IMG/VR virus record: IMGVR_UViG_3300044723_009708
Location: 1-34,550 of that record
From: a virus
Taxonomy: Duplodnaviria; Caudoviricetes
Reading direction: 5' to 3' (one strand)
DNA length: 34,550 bases
How positions within the stretch are numbered: the stretch's first letter is position 1; each line of letters begins with the position of its first letter. Below the pieces are notes generated by a model that was not told where the DNA came from, searched no databases, and worked only from the letters and a program-made list of their open reading frames with translations. A program made the translations under genes and the position numbers. Positions 34,550 to 34,550 of the stretch are shown here, piece by piece.

Positions 34550-34550
34550 T

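Noticed and set aside
1-34550. Stop-codon reassignment
   Set aside because: Genes tile the window under the standard code, and TAA, TAG and TGA all end genes at sensible boundaries.
1-34550. Apparent abundance of palindromes such as AGTACT, ACTAGT and CTGCAG
   Set aside because: Cannot be quantified by eye and is plausibly due to Ser/Thr/Ala codon pairs (AGT-ACT, GCT-GCA); a codon-aware k-mer test would be needed.

Overview
The whole window is the late (structural and lysis) region of a large, AT-rich tailed dsDNA phage, and every credible gene is on the minus strand. In transcription order (right to left): i-spanin (partial), o-spanin, terminase large subunit, HNH nicking endonuclease, portal, small basic protein, fused prohead protease-major capsid protein, head completion, tail completion, tail terminator, major tail tube, tail assembly chaperone with a -1 frameshift extension, tape measure, a lambda-like tail tip set (M-, L-, K-, I- and J-like, the last 2551 aa with a collagen segment), a 2OG-Fe(II) oxygenase, and a separately promoted fibre/collar module (BppU-like, 60 aa, 954 aa repeat protein, 686 aa expanded collar protein, partial tail fibre). 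Head, neck and tube order is T5-like while the tip is lambda-like. Three near-consensus sigma70 promoters and two intrinsic terminators are visible. The most interesting signals are a putative prolyl hydroxylase translationally coupled to a collagen domain rich in Y-position Pro, an internal RBS+ATG in the protease-capsid fusion, a probably leaderless HNH gene, and a promoter-overlapping hairpin that may gate translation. All family assignments come from motif and synteny recognition; no searches were run.
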